Part shown: in pieces, positions 1 to 9,075 of the stretch
Position numbering within the stretch: position 1 is the stretch's first letter
How the letters are laid out: each line of letters begins with the position of its first letter
Virus record (IMG/VR): IMGVR_UViG_3300028377_000007
Span: 1-64,000 of that record
From: a virus
Length of the DNA: 64,000 nucleotides
Strand: one strand, 5' to 3'
The notes under the pieces: generated by a model
Databases searched by the model: none
Seen by the model: only the letters and a program-made list of their open reading frames with translations
What the model was told of the DNA's origin: nothing
Position numbers and translations under genes: made by a program

Positions 1-173
1 ATCAGGGTTTTTTACAACTTTTTGACAATTATTTACAAGAAACTGGATCAGGGTTTTTTACAACTTTTTGACAATTATTTACAAGAAACTGGATCAGGGT
101 TTTTTACAACTTTTTGACAATTATTTACAAGAAACTGGATCAGGGTTTTTTACAACTTTTTGACAATTATTTA
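1..173. repeat. 46-bp perfect tandem repeat (3.75 copies, may continue left of the window)
   Basis: Unit ATCAGGGTTTTTTACAACTTTTTGACAATTATTTACAAGAAACTGG starts at 1, 47, 93 and 139; no spacers. Confidence 0.97.
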
Positions 174-255
174 TAGCCATAATAGCGATTGTAAATCTTT
201 TGTTAAAAAATTTTTCATCAATAAATTGGCACGAGAGTTGCTTCAAATCACTTCT

Positions 256-378
256 CTAAGTCGTTGGAAATCAAGGTTTTAGAAAAGCCTTCGAGAATGC
301 CGTACAAAGGGTTTTCAGGAGTCGATGCAGGTGATTATATAGGTCTTTTTGTAAGTTGTTGAAAAACAGTGACTTACG
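256..378. promoter_or_regulatory. Two 11-5-11 imperfect palindromes containing IHF-like sites
   Basis: CTAAGTCGTTG-GAAAT-CAAGGTTTTAG (~256-282) and GTAAGTTGTTG-AAAAA-CAGTGACTTAC (351-377); AATCAAGGTTTTA fits the IHF consensus WATCAANNNNTTR. Confidence 0.45.
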
Positions 379-627
379 AATCTGGCATGAAATATGAACG
401 CCAAACCTCGGGCATTTTAAAAAACACTTGACATTGTAGCACTAACATGTAAGCCGTGTTTTACAATTTTTTTACATTTTCCTGTTTTACATTTTTTTTA
501 CAATTACGCGGTTCGGGCCTAGGCAAAAATAAATCAAAATAAACCTTGCAATCTACAGCTTTATTCATTTAGTATTTTGCTATCGTTAATTCTGACGATG
601 TTTAAAAATCAAATATAAGTTAATCAA

Positions 628-1524
628 ATGACTACTAAATCAGATCTCCTCTCTATCCTCCCAAATGTCCAAACCCTGTCTGTCGAAGACGCAGTACACG
701 CCGCTGGCCTAAACTGGCAAGTTGAATCCGAACCCCTTGGCGGTTTAGACACTGGACGCAAAGCAACGGGCCGAAAAGGCTTGTTTACTTCCGACGACCG
801 CTTTCTGGGTGACGTTGGAACGGGTTACACTCCTACCGATCCGAGCGAATTCGTTTCGAGTCTTTACGGTTTAGCGGAATTTTCTGGTTTTCCTGTCTCC
901 CGCCTTTCCTTCATGGCATCCCGCTCGCAAATTGTTGGTTTTATTGATATGAAACCGATTGAATTTGCGAACGAGAAAATCAATGTGGGGATGATTGTAC
1001 GAGACGGTTTTGACGGGTTTACCCCTCGCTCTTACGCCATCACCTTGATTCGTGAAATTTGCAAAAATGGAATGGTTTCAAAAACCGTTTTCGGAAAATC
1101 ATCCGCTAAACACTCAAAAAACTTCGACATTAAAAATGATGAGCTTTTCAAAACTGTAACCGCGAAAATGGAAAAGAACATTGCTGACCTTTCCGAAAGG
1201 TTTCAAAAGCTTTACGGTTTGGAAATCACACCTTCGCAGGTCGATACAGTCATGGCAAAACTTTTCCCTTTTAATGCTGAAAATGAACGCTCTACTAGAT
1301 CGCAAAACACTGTTGATGACATCCTTACGCGTTTCGCTCGTGGGATCGGGAATAAAGGCCAAACCGCTTGGGATTTGTTCAACGGAATCACTGAGTTTGA
1401 AACCCACGGCAAGACTTACAAACAAACCGAAAATCAGACACCAGATTCAAACCGTTTCAAAGCGTTTACCGATGGATTCTCGCTTGCGGAAAAAGCGCAA
1501 ACGGAATTGTTAGCACTAGCCTAA
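628..1524 (+). CDS. DUF932/DUF945 family phage/plasmid protein
   Basis: AGLNWQVE N-terminal motif, CKNGM, KH, and C-terminal GQTAWDLFNGITEF typical of DUF932. Confidence 0.8.
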   Translation: MTTKSDLLSILPNVQTLSVEDAVHAAGLNWQVESEPLGGLDTGRKATGRKGLFTSDDRFLGDVGTGYTPTDPSEFVSSLYGLAEFSGFPVSRLSFMASRSQIVGFIDMKPIEFANEKINVGMIVRDGFDGFTPRSYAITLIREICKNGMVSKTVFGKSSAKHSKNFDIKNDELFKTVTAKMEKNIADLSERFQKLYGLEITPSQVDTVMAKLFPFNAENERSTRSQNTVDDILTRFARGIGNKGQTAWDLFNGITEFETHGKTYKQTENQTPDSNRFKAFTDGFSLAEKAQTELLALA

Positions 1525-1535
1525 ACTTTCCGACC

Positions 1536-1569
1536 AATCCCCCGCCTTTAATCGGGCGGGGGATTTTTT
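1536..1569 (+). terminator. Rho-independent terminator
   Basis: AATCCCCCGCC/GGCGGGGGATT stem followed by a T run just after the DUF932 stop. Confidence 0.9.
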
Positions 1570-1580
1570 ATGCCCTGACT

Positions 1581-1613
1581 CACTGGAGTAGCAGCACTGG
1601 AGTAGCAGCACTG
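1581..1613. repeat. 14-bp tandem repeat CACTGGAGTAGCAG (x2.3)
   Basis: Read directly from the sequence. Confidence 0.85.
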
Positions 1614-1952
1614 TTAACAACTTTTTTACATTTACAAGTTTTTTACAAAAAATTTACAAGTTGGCGCGGGAAAATTTTTACAAGTTTTTGACAAGTAATT
1701 GCCTTGGTAATTCTACCGCTGTTTTTATAGCGGCGTTCTTTATTCTACTATTCTAAGGTAATAGATACCTTTATAATAAGCCGTAGGATCGCCCTGACGG
1801 GGTTTGAATATACTGTAAGGGTCAAGACACCTGTAAGTCCCGATCTCCAATCCTAGAGGTTCATGGATGCCCCGAAAGGGAAATCAATCTTTTTTTAAAA
1901 AAACACGAAAAAGCTTTACAAAGTAGCGCAAAAAGGCATTTGAGACACCTAT

Positions 1953-1985
1953 AAAAAAACCCCCCACCGTTTCCAGTGGAGGGTT
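1953..1985 (-). terminator. Rho-independent terminator ending the minus-strand early block
   Basis: AACCCTCCA/TGGGGGGTT stem plus T run on the minus strand, downstream of 2003..2200. Confidence 0.75.
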
Positions 1986-2002
1986 GCCGTGGATCCTATT
2001 TG

Positions 2003-2200
2003 CTAATTCCCTTGTCCAAAACCCTCAAAGGCTTCTTCAAGGTACATATCCTCAAGGCGCTGATCTTTTGCTGCTTGAAGACCCCCGATTTCGATTTCCT
2101 CAAGAATATCCTCTTGAGTTGGATCGATAAGGCACGGATTGTTCCTTGACTCGTTGAATGCTTCGGCTCGTTGACGGATTAGCTTTTCTCTATTTAACAT
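2003..2200 (-). CDS. hypothetical protein
   Basis: 65-aa ORF on the coding strand, followed by a terminator. Confidence 0.65.
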   Translation of the reverse strand: MLNREKLIRQRAEAFNESRNNPCLIDPTQEDILEEIEIGGLQAAKDQRLEDMYLEEAFEGFGQGN

Positions 2201-2235
2201 AACTTTACTTTGCTGGTTTATGGTTGGTTGTCAAA

Positions 2236-2517
2236 TTAAATATTATATGATTCGTCTTCAAAGTCAGAAAGTTCAATTGAACATTCTTCAAGTAATTCGT
2301 TTCTGACAAGCTCCGAGAAGTCAAGGTTTTTATTCTCAACTTCAAATTGTGAGATGTCTTTCTTGGAAGAATTTGAATCTCCCCAAACAATGGAAAAGTC
2401 ATTCAAGACAACCCCCATTTTTTGTTTGTCTTCGCCGATGTCTTCGATCCGCCACTCCGCTTCCACGGAAAGATCAAGATCGAATTTGCAAATGTAAACT
2501 GATTCTTTTGTTATCAT
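2236..2517 (-). CDS. acidic hypothetical protein
   Basis: 93 aa, D/E-rich; TTGACA 30 nt upstream of the ATG. Confidence 0.75.
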   Translation of the reverse strand: MITKESVYICKFDLDLSVEAEWRIEDIGEDKQKMGVVLNDFSIVWGDSNSSKKDISQFEVENKNLDFSELVRNELLEECSIELSDFEDESYNI

Positions 2518-2648
2518 GTTTTAAAGTAAAAGATAATTTCCTGTTGATGTCAACCCCTATTTTAAAAAAGTTTTTGTGGTTCTGTTTGTGCCCCTTTGTC
2601 AAACAAAAATTTGCTGGTCATGTTTGCCTTATAAGGCCAAGAAAAAAA

Positions 2649-3089
2649 TCAAATATTCTTTTTCACCTTTTGCCAATAGTTTTTTAAGTTCAATTCTTTT
2701 TGTGGATCCTTTTCGCTTTGGTCTTTCCAAGCACTTGCCCCGCCGTTCCAAATTCTTGCAAGGTCTTCAAGTGTGACATACCCCTTTGTATTTACGATTC
2801 GCTTCCCATAGAAAGAAAGTACAGTTTTGCAAACAAAAACGCTTATTTCTGGATTAAAGGCGTCGGAGTGTTTCAAGAAAAGTTTATTTCCTTTGATTTT
2901 TTGAATCCGATTGAAGTCTTGAATCATTATATCGTGAATTTGCAAGACTCCGTACGCTTTTCCGTTGTCGCCTATTGCGCTTGCATCTCCGCCACTTTCA
3001 ACTTGTATTAAAGCCTTGACAAGTGAATCAAATTCATTTGCCGCAAAACAAGTAATTGACGAAAGAATAAATAGAATAAGTTTTTTCAT
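2649..3089 (-). CDS. exported lysozyme-like/transglycosylase (destabilase/SLT-like) protein
   Basis: Signal peptide; ALIQVESGG catalytic Glu motif, GVLQI, ARIWNGG. Confidence 0.75.
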   Translation of the reverse strand: MKKLILFILSSITCFAANEFDSLVKALIQVESGGDASAIGDNGKAYGVLQIHDIMIQDFNRIQKIKGNKLFLKHSDAFNPEISVFVCKTVLSFYGKRIVNTKGYVTLEDLARIWNGGASAWKDQSEKDPQKELNLKNYWQKVKKNI

Positions 3090-3147
3090 GTATTTAAGCT
3101 AATACGAAAACGAGAACGATTGTAAGTAAAAAAAGCTCTACCATTTG

Positions 3148-3375
3148 TTATACTCCTATTTCCTTTAATGTATTTTTAAGAGTCCTTACGACTCCATATT
3201 TTAGAATTCGATCTTTACAATGAAGAGTTGTCACGGTTTCCCCAATGTAAACCTTTAAGCAAGAACCTTGCCCCTGTTTAAAATAACCGCCTAAAGATTC
3301 TACAGCCTTCAGTAGATCCCCCATTTTAATTTCTTCGACCCGCTTGATTTTTTGAATGATTTTTTCTACTTTCAT
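3148..3375 (-). CDS. HicA-like mRNA interferase-fold protein
   Basis: 75 aa; pattern LLKAVESLG..GQGS..V..TTLH..K..VVRTLKNTLKEIGV resembles the HicA family. Confidence 0.55.
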   Translation of the reverse strand: MKVEKIIQKIKRVEEIKMGDLLKAVESLGGYFKQGQGSCLKVYIGETVTTLHCKDRILKYGVVRTLKNTLKEIGV

Positions 3376-3377
3376 TT

Positions 3378-3488
3378 TTAGTACTCCTTTTTGTGCTTGG
3401 CTTTGCGCGTGTACTTCACGCGATTTTTGTGGGGCTGTGTGGCAGAACCCATGAGGCCCGTTTTGTTTTTTCTGACTTGCGGTTTCAT
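3378..3488 (-). CDS. 36-aa basic peptide with an ArfA-like YxRKxKH tail (not in the ORF track)
   Basis: MKPQVRKNKTGLMGSATQPHKNRVKYTRKAKHKKEY; TTGACC 30 nt upstream of the ATG. Confidence 0.65.
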   Translation of the reverse strand: MKPQVRKNKTGLMGSATQPHKNRVKYTRKAKHKKEY

Positions 3489-3527
3489 TTTTAAGAGTGT
3501 TTCAGATATTCACTTTGTGGTCAACCC

Positions 3528-4025
3528 CTAAAGCAACCCAGAATCGCTAAAAGAATAATAACCTTTAAAGTTTGCAAGAGAAGATGGATCGCTTGATTGT
3601 TCTCCGCAAACAACATGATCTAAAAGTTTAACACTGAGAATATTTGCAGCTTCTCTAAGTTGTCTTGTAACTCGTATATCCGCTTCACTTGGGGTTGGAT
3701 CGCCACTTGGATGATTATGAGCGACAACAATAGTTTTTATCCCTTCCCTAACTACCGATTGAAAAACGCAAGTGGGAGAAATTAAAGTAGCGTCTTGAGT
3801 CCCCGAAGAAATTATTTCGATTCCTTTAAGCCTATTTTTGATGTTCAAGAAAAGAACCATGAAATGTTCTCTTTCTGGATTAAGTTCCCCCTTATCGGCT
3901 TTTTGTTCCATAAAAGACTTTACGGCTTTCCAAGCTTTTTCTGGGTCATCAATAATTGAATCGGAAAGATTTCCTGTCATTTCCCCGACTTTGCGGTAAG
4001 TGGTTTTTACTTCTCTTATAATCAT
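3528..4025 (-). CDS. radC: RadC-like JAB domain protein
   Basis: REHF..LFLN and HNHPSGDPTPSEAD JAB motif, LLDHVV. Confidence 0.92.
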   Translation of the reverse strand: MIIREVKTTYRKVGEMTGNLSDSIIDDPEKAWKAVKSFMEQKADKGELNPEREHFMVLFLNIKNRLKGIEIISSGTQDATLISPTCVFQSVVREGIKTIVVAHNHPSGDPTPSEADIRVTRQLREAANILSVKLLDHVVCGEQSSDPSSLANFKGYYSFSDSGLL

Positions 4026-4157
4026 AGAAAAGAGACTAGAATAATATTTTTAGATTGTCAACTACTATTTTTAAAAAAATATATTTTAAATAAAGCTTGA
4101 CATATACGCACAAAAAGACATTCCAAAAAACAGATGCCTTTTTGTAGTAGCTTTTCA

Positions 4158-4198
4158 ATAAAAAAACGCGGCCATCCGAAGAAGACCGCGTTTTGTTT
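4158..4198 (-). terminator. Rho-independent terminator (possibly bidirectional)
   Basis: AAAACGCGG/CCGCGTTTT stem with A/T runs on both sides. Confidence 0.75.
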
Positions 4199-4207
4199 AT
4201 TTCTTTA

Positions 4208-4378
4208 TTAAATCAAATCGAAAAGGTAATCTGGTTCAAGCCCAAACTCTTCATGAAGAATCTCTTCAGGGTCTTCCCCATCCTCGATCCTTTCCCTTGC
4301 TTCCTCGATCATTTCTTCAGCTTCTTTTTCGCTGAGATTGTCGCGCTCCATTATGGTTTCTTTTAGTGTTTTAATCAT
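4208..4378 (-). CDS. 56-aa very acidic protein (not in the ORF track)
   Basis: MIKTLKETIMERDNLSEKEAEEMIEEARERIEDGEDPEEILHEEFGLEPDYLFDLI; TTGACT 30 nt upstream; terminator downstream. Confidence 0.8.
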   Translation of the reverse strand: MIKTLKETIMERDNLSEKEAEEMIEEARERIEDGEDPEEILHEEFGLEPDYLFDLI

Positions 4379-4422
4379 GGTTTAGAGTTAAAGATAATAT
4401 TTGTTAAGAGTCAACCCTTATT

Positions 4423-4962
4423 TTAAAAACTTTCCCCCTCTTTTACGATGGCTAAATGTCCCATACTCGAAGGATCGCTTTTAAGAAAACGCCTATGCAA
4501 CGAGTTAAGGACTTTCCTTGATGGTGCTTTGCAGTATCTTTTAACAACTCTATTTGAGCGGGTATCAATCATAACGTACTTTATTTCTTGGCACTTCTCT
4601 CTGTTCCCCTTTGTCTTAAACTCGCCAGCGTAAAGCCTTTCTGGTTTAGCCCCAATCTCCAAACATTTAATCTTCCAAGCTATTCCATGTTTCGAACCCG
4701 GAGTCAGAGCGTGTGCTATTTCGTGGAGAATAACATCTAGAATTTCCTCATCAGAACCTATTTCCGAGAACTCTCTATTGATTGCGATTGTCTTCTTTCT
4801 GTACTCGCAAAGACCATAGCAACGATAAGTACCAGTTCGGAGAAACCTCGCATTCCAATCTGACAAACCGTACAGGTTTAGAAAAGAGCGAATAGCTCCC
4901 AGTGTATCAGTTAAAAGCTTTTCCTTTGGGAAAGGCGATTTAGATAGTTCAGTTTTAATCAT
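4423..4962 (-). CDS. SprT-like zinc metalloprotease
   Basis: YGLC, LHEIAH (HExxH), HG..WK; start moved to the ATG at 4962 on promoter geometry. Confidence 0.88.
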   Translation of the reverse strand: MIKTELSKSPFPKEKLLTDTLGAIRSFLNLYGLSDWNARFLRTGTYRCYGLCEYRKKTIAINREFSEIGSDEEILDVILHEIAHALTPGSKHGIAWKIKCLEIGAKPERLYAGEFKTKGNREKCQEIKYVMIDTRSNRVVKRYCKAPSRKVLNSLHRRFLKSDPSSMGHLAIVKEGESF

Positions 4963-5012
4963 GGAAAACAGTATCAAATAATATTTCCCCAATGTCAACA
5001 CCGAAATTGTAC

Positions 5013-5311
5013 AAAAAAACTCCCAACGCTTGCTAACGCTGGGAGCTAAAAACTAATTAAATACTTATTTCTAGATTTTAAGTCGAGAGCTTAGTTTTTT
5101 GTTTTGTTTGCCCTATTATTTATTTTCCCTGCTGTTACAAGACCTCTCTAATAAATTGCCGCATATTTAACAGAATATTTGGCGCGAGCTTCTATTATTT
5201 TTTTAGTTACTTTATGCTTACTTCATTGCTTTTTTCTCCTATTTTTTCATCTATTTTTTAGGTTTAGTTTGTTCTAGTTTTCTCTGACTGTCGAGAGAAA
5301 TCCTTATTATT
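5013..5311 (-). ncRNA. candidate ~300-nt A-rich non-coding RNA
   Basis: TTGACA-17-TAGTCT promoter (5345-5317), 5' hairpin TTTCTCT/AGAGAAA, no substantial ORF, terminator at 5013-5045. Confidence 0.5.
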
Positions 5312-5353
5312 TACGAAGACTAGCGTGTTTTTTGGCGTTTGTCAAGAGTTTTT

Positions 5354-5509
5354 TTAATATCCCGCCCAAGTTTTTAGCTTAGAGAAAGAAGAAAAAACAA
5401 TTCTTTTATCGTTATCTCTCCAGTCTATGATAATGATCTTACCGTTTTCAAGAGAAGAGTTCTCCCCCCAATCGTGTAACTTGCCCCAATTCAAATGTTT
5501 CTCGTTCAT
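5354..5509 (-). CDS. 51-aa hypothetical protein ending WAGY
   Basis: Manual translation MNEKHLNWGKLHDWGE...LKTWAGY; TTGACT 29 nt upstream. Confidence 0.7.
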   Translation of the reverse strand: MNEKHLNWGKLHDWGENSSLENGKIIIIDWRDNDKRIVFSSFSKLKTWAGY

Positions 5510-5567
5510 GGTTGTATAAAAAGATAATTTTGCGGCAAAGTCAACCCCTAATTAAAGAATCTGCGAT

Positions 5568-5909
5568 TTAGTTAAGAACATAATCGGATTCCTGACAAAA
5601 AGAATTTAATTGAGATTTGAATAGAAGTTCAAGCTCTACTAAATATTCATCAATTCGGCTGTGTAGATTATATGCCACAAGATCGCCGAATTCCTCTGAC
5701 GAATCGCCAATAAAAACTAGAGAATTTTCTTTAATTTTAACAAATTCATTTTTATTTTTTGGAATTACGATCATAGAACTACCCAAGTCTAAAATAATGT
5801 CTTTATCTATATGGGCATACAAAACAGGAGAGTTTTTTTCTGAAGTTACAATAACAGCGGCACTCCCTTGGATTAGATCGATGGCTTTTTGTAATTTGAT
5901 TAGTTTCAT
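5568..5909 (-). CDS. hypothetical protein
   Basis: 113-aa ORF on the coding strand. Confidence 0.7.
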   Translation of the reverse strand: MKLIKLQKAIDLIQGSAAVIVTSEKNSPVLYAHIDKDIILDLGSSMIVIPKNKNEFVKIKENSLVFIGDSSEEFGDLVAYNLHSRIDEYLVELELLFKSQLNSFCQESDYVLN

Positions 5910-5952
5910 GGTTTTGATAATGATGATAGAACTTATAAATTCAACTCTTTTT

Positions 5953-6153
5953 TTAAAAAAGTTTCATTTGTTCAAGTTTAATTAAATGATTTTTGGCGTC
6001 GGTTTTTTGTTGGTCGATTCGCGCTTTCTTTCTTTTTCGCGCTTCGACGCTTCTTCTGCTAGCAATCTTGCAAGCTTCAGAGTAAGAGGGCCGGGGACTA
6101 GTTTCATTTTGGATCCTTAGTGTTAATGAGTGGAATGATTCTTTTCTCTTCAT
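5953..6153 (-). CDS. basic hypothetical protein
   Basis: 66 aa; TTGACT 29 nt upstream. Confidence 0.65.
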   Translation of the reverse strand: MKRKESFHSLTLRIQNETSPRPSYSEACKIASRRSVEARKRKKARIDQQKTDAKNHLIKLEQMKLF

Positions 6154-6174
6154 AACGTTATTTAGAATAATATA

Positions 6175-6396
6175 TTACGAAAAGTCAAGCATTCTTTTTT
6201 CAAAATCTAAAATTTCTTCTAAGTTAATCCATTCTATTTCTCCCAGTGGAATCAATAAATTATATAGTTCTTTCATCTTAGCAATTTGGTCCACAACGCT
6301 CAAGGCCCAAAGATGCTTTTCTTTTCTATCTCCAAAGCCTAAAAAATATTCGCAATCTTGTTGTAGTCTAGCTAGCAATTGGTATTCAAAGTTCAT
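6175..6396 (-). CDS. LPD11 domain protein
   Basis: YQLLARLQQDCEYFLG.G...KHLWA....QIAKMKELYN..EW matches large-polyvalent-protein domain 11. Confidence 0.8.
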   Translation of the reverse strand: MNFEYQLLARLQQDCEYFLGFGDRKEKHLWALSVVDQIAKMKELYNLLIPLGEIEWINLEEILDFEKRMLDFS

Positions 6397-6594
6397 GATT
6401 AAGATACTGATTATTATTTCGCGAAAGTCAATGATTAAAATTCTTTTTCTGCCTCTTTTTTTGCCGCCAAGTATCCACCCTTATAAGGATTTGAACTAGT
6501 TTTTTTGTTGAGCTTAAAAGAAACTCGATTGTCGTGAATATAAATGAATAAGTGATTTTTCATTCTTATATACAAACAAAGGTTTCTGATAAAG

Positions 6595-6855
6595 TCAAGA
6601 ATTATTTTCAGCTAATGGTAAATAGTTTTTATCCCCCTCATATCCTTTGTATGATACTCTAAAATCATTAAAGTCTTTTATGGTTGCGGATCGAAGAACC
6701 GGTTTCTCTGGGACATAAATCCAACCTTGTTCCGTGGGTATTGTTGCCCCGCGCAAAACAGAAGAATGCAAAATCCCAAAAAACCTTTTATTATCTTGGC
6801 GCATATACCCAAGAATATTATTATTTAAAACAAAAAACCGTATTTTCTTATTCAT
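6595..6855 (-). CDS. hypothetical protein
   Basis: 86 aa; own TTGACT promoter. Confidence 0.7.
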   Translation of the reverse strand: MNKKIRFFVLNNNILGYMRQDNKRFFGILHSSVLRGATIPTEQGWIYVPEKPVLRSATIKDFNDFRVSYKGYEGDKNYLPLAENNS

Positions 6856-6931
6856 GCCCTTAGTATTACAAAGAAAGCGGCGAAGTCAAGTCTTTTTTGG
6901 AACGATTTTGGAACGATTTCATTATTTAAAA

Positions 6932-7005
6932 TGGTGCGCCCACTGAGATTCGAACTCAGATTGATTGGTTAAAAGCCAAATGTTCTACCATTGAACTATA
7001 GGCGC
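6932..7005 (-). tRNA. tRNA-Lys(UUU)
   Basis: GCGCCTA/TGGGCGC acceptor stem, loop CT-TTT-AA, GTTCGAATC T-arm, encoded CCA. Confidence 0.95.
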
Positions 7006-7318
7006 ATTTTAGATTTTTAGTACCCTCTCTATTTGTAGGTTAAATGTCAACAACAAATTTATCAATATTCAAAATAATAATTTGCTTTCCAGTTGGCAAG
7101 CTCTCATGTTTATGTTGAATGATATATGCATCACAATTAAATCCTTGAATAAATTTTTGTATTGAGTGTGAAAACCTATGATAATTTGAATAATTTACTC
7201 TACTCTATAGAATTTCATGGTGGTTATAATGTATATTTAACTTTAAATGTCAAGGTTTATCTCGCAATCAAACAAAAAAGGGGAATAGCCCCACCACAAA
7301 ACTACTCCCCAACCATGT

Positions 7319-7525
7319 TCAAGCTTTTTGGCAATCAGTCGGCTTATTTTTATTTAATATTTTTTCGCACTCTTCTAAAATGTCATCTTTTAAATCAAAT
7401 AATTCTTTAATTGCAGAAATTCTTTGAATAGCCCCATCTGTAAAATCTCCAACCCAGATAGCTTTGCCGTCTCGAACAATATCGACCACTGTTATTCTGT
7501 CTCGATTTGCGGCGAGAAAGCCCAT
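7319..7525 (-). CDS. hypothetical protein (the true start may lie slightly upstream)
   Basis: ORF track; coding strand. Confidence 0.5.
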   Translation of the reverse strand: MGFLAANRDRITVVDIVRDGKAIWVGDFTDGAIQRISAIKELFDLKDDILEECEKILNKNKPTDCQKA

Positions 7526-7567
7526 ACTTACAACGAAATTTAAATCTTTATAGTGTTTTCCATAACT

Positions 7568-7816
7568 CTAAGTCCTCAAAAAGTCAAGCAAATATTTCTT
7601 AAATTCTCCCACTGAGATATCCATAAGAGAACTTCCACGCGATCCGTTCGGGTCTTCGGCAATCTGGATCCAAGTATTGTAGAATTTGAATCTATAATTT
7701 AAGCCGTTGACGTTGACCTTAACAAAAACCCATTCGTTTTTATGATTCAAACGAGTCTTATTTAGTTGCTTTACAGCGTCTTCGGTGTTTCCCGCAATTA
7801 TTTCTAGTTCATTCAT
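7568..7816 (-). CDS. hypothetical protein
   Basis: 82 aa; TTGACT 29 nt upstream. Confidence 0.75.
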   Translation of the reverse strand: MNELEIIAGNTEDAVKQLNKTRLNHKNEWVFVKVNVNGLNYRFKFYNTWIQIAEDPNGSRGSSLMDISVGEFKKYLLDFLRT

Positions 7817-8031
7817 GGTTGTACAAAAAGATATTTTTGTTATAAAGTCAAGCTATATTCGCAAAATCATCAATATAATATTGGGGAAATTTTTTGATTG
7901 TTTTTATTCTATCGTTCATTTCTTGTTTTGCTTTCTCCATGCTTCGGTGTTTAGTAGAAGACTGACCCCCTCCATAAACAGTATAAACAGGCTTGCTATT
8001 TGGCTTTATTTCAGTCCATGAGTGGCCAGAG

Positions 8032-8238
8032 TCAAATCCAAACTATTTGCCAATTATAACAATTCAAAGTAACCCTTTTTCTGGAAACAGGTCTATTGGA
8101 ATAATGCCAAGGCCAGCGGCAATAAAATTTAGTTGCTTTTTTATCCTTATAAAAAACTGTATCAAACCTCTTAGCTTTTGGCGAGTATTCTTTTAATACC
8201 TCATCTGTTGTCGGCTCTTGTCTGGCGTATATTTTCAT
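8032..8238 (-). CDS. hypothetical protein
   Basis: 68 aa; TTGACT 32 nt upstream. Confidence 0.7.
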   Translation of the reverse strand: MKIYARQEPTTDEVLKEYSPKAKRFDTVFYKDKKATKFYCRWPWHYSNRPVSRKRVTLNCYNWQIVWI

Positions 8239-8371
8239 TATTTTCAGAGTATTAAACGTTATTTGCTATAAGTCAATAAAATAATTCCCTATTTAACAAA
8301 AGAGGCGACAGGATTTTACCCTGCCGCCCCCGATCATTCTTTTTGGATCCGCCCCGATCATTCTTTTTGGA

Positions 8372-8737
8372 TTAAGCTTTTACCTTGACTTTTTCAGCCT
8401 TGGTTTGTTCCTTGGCTTGTTCCTTTTCCAACTTGGCTTTTTCCTTGGCAGCGACCTCTTCCGCTTCTGGCAACCAAGCGGTTGTCTTTTGAACCGTAGT
8501 GTCCTTGACTTCCGCCGTTTCTTCGTCTCCAAACTGGTAGGTCTTTAGTCCCTTCATGCCTTGAGCGATAGCGTACTTGCGAGCCGTCTGAACCTCAGTT
8601 GGCTTGAGCTGAACGGAAGGAGTGTTTTCTTCAGTAAAGCCCCCCTTCTTAGTTGCGGCGATCATTTCGTCAAGCTCATTATGGTATGGCTTGCGGATTT
8701 CACGGTTATGGCGAACGGTGATGTTTCTGGTATTCAT
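8372..8737 (-). CDS. hypothetical protein with a K/E/A-rich C-terminus, probably highly expressed
   Basis: 121 aa, GC-richer codon usage; followed by a ~23-bp direct repeat (about 8325-8372) and a terminator-like hairpin (~8297-8330). Confidence 0.8.
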   Translation of the reverse strand: MNTRNITVRHNREIRKPYHNELDEMIAATKKGGFTEENTPSVQLKPTEVQTARKYAIAQGMKGLKTYQFGDEETAEVKDTTVQKTTAWLPEAEEVAAKEKAKLEKEQAKEQTKAEKVKVKA

Positions 8738-8829
8738 TATATTGTCCTTAGTTTTTGTTGTTAGTAAATAGTCATCCTTGACTATGAAAAAGAGTATTTC
8801 AGAAGTTATCTATAATGTCAATAGTTTTT

Positions 8830-9057
8830 TCAAGAAATCGAAACTTTTCTGCGATTCTCGATCATTTCGCTGATATCGACAGAAGTTGCTTTTTGAGTCA
8901 ATGCCCCCAAGCGGAAATTCAAAACGTTTTTAGCTTTGCCTTTTCCCGCTTCCAAAAAAGAAATAACGCGAATCTTGCCGCCATTCTCGTATTTAAGATT
9001 AGTGCGATAAAGATCGCTGTTGCGTTGCTTGCGAATGGTTTTCTGTATTACTTTCAT
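8830..9057 (-). CDS. hypothetical protein
   Basis: 75 aa; TTGACT 30 nt upstream. Confidence 0.7.
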   Translation of the reverse strand: MKVIQKTIRKQRNSDLYRTNLKYENGGKIRVISFLEAGKGKAKNVLNFRLGALTQKATSVDISEMIENRRKVSIS

Positions 9058-9075
9058 GATTAAGAGACAATAGTG

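Noticed and set aside
1-173. CRISPR array
   Set aside because: The units are identical and contiguous with no unique spacers, and no cas genes are present.
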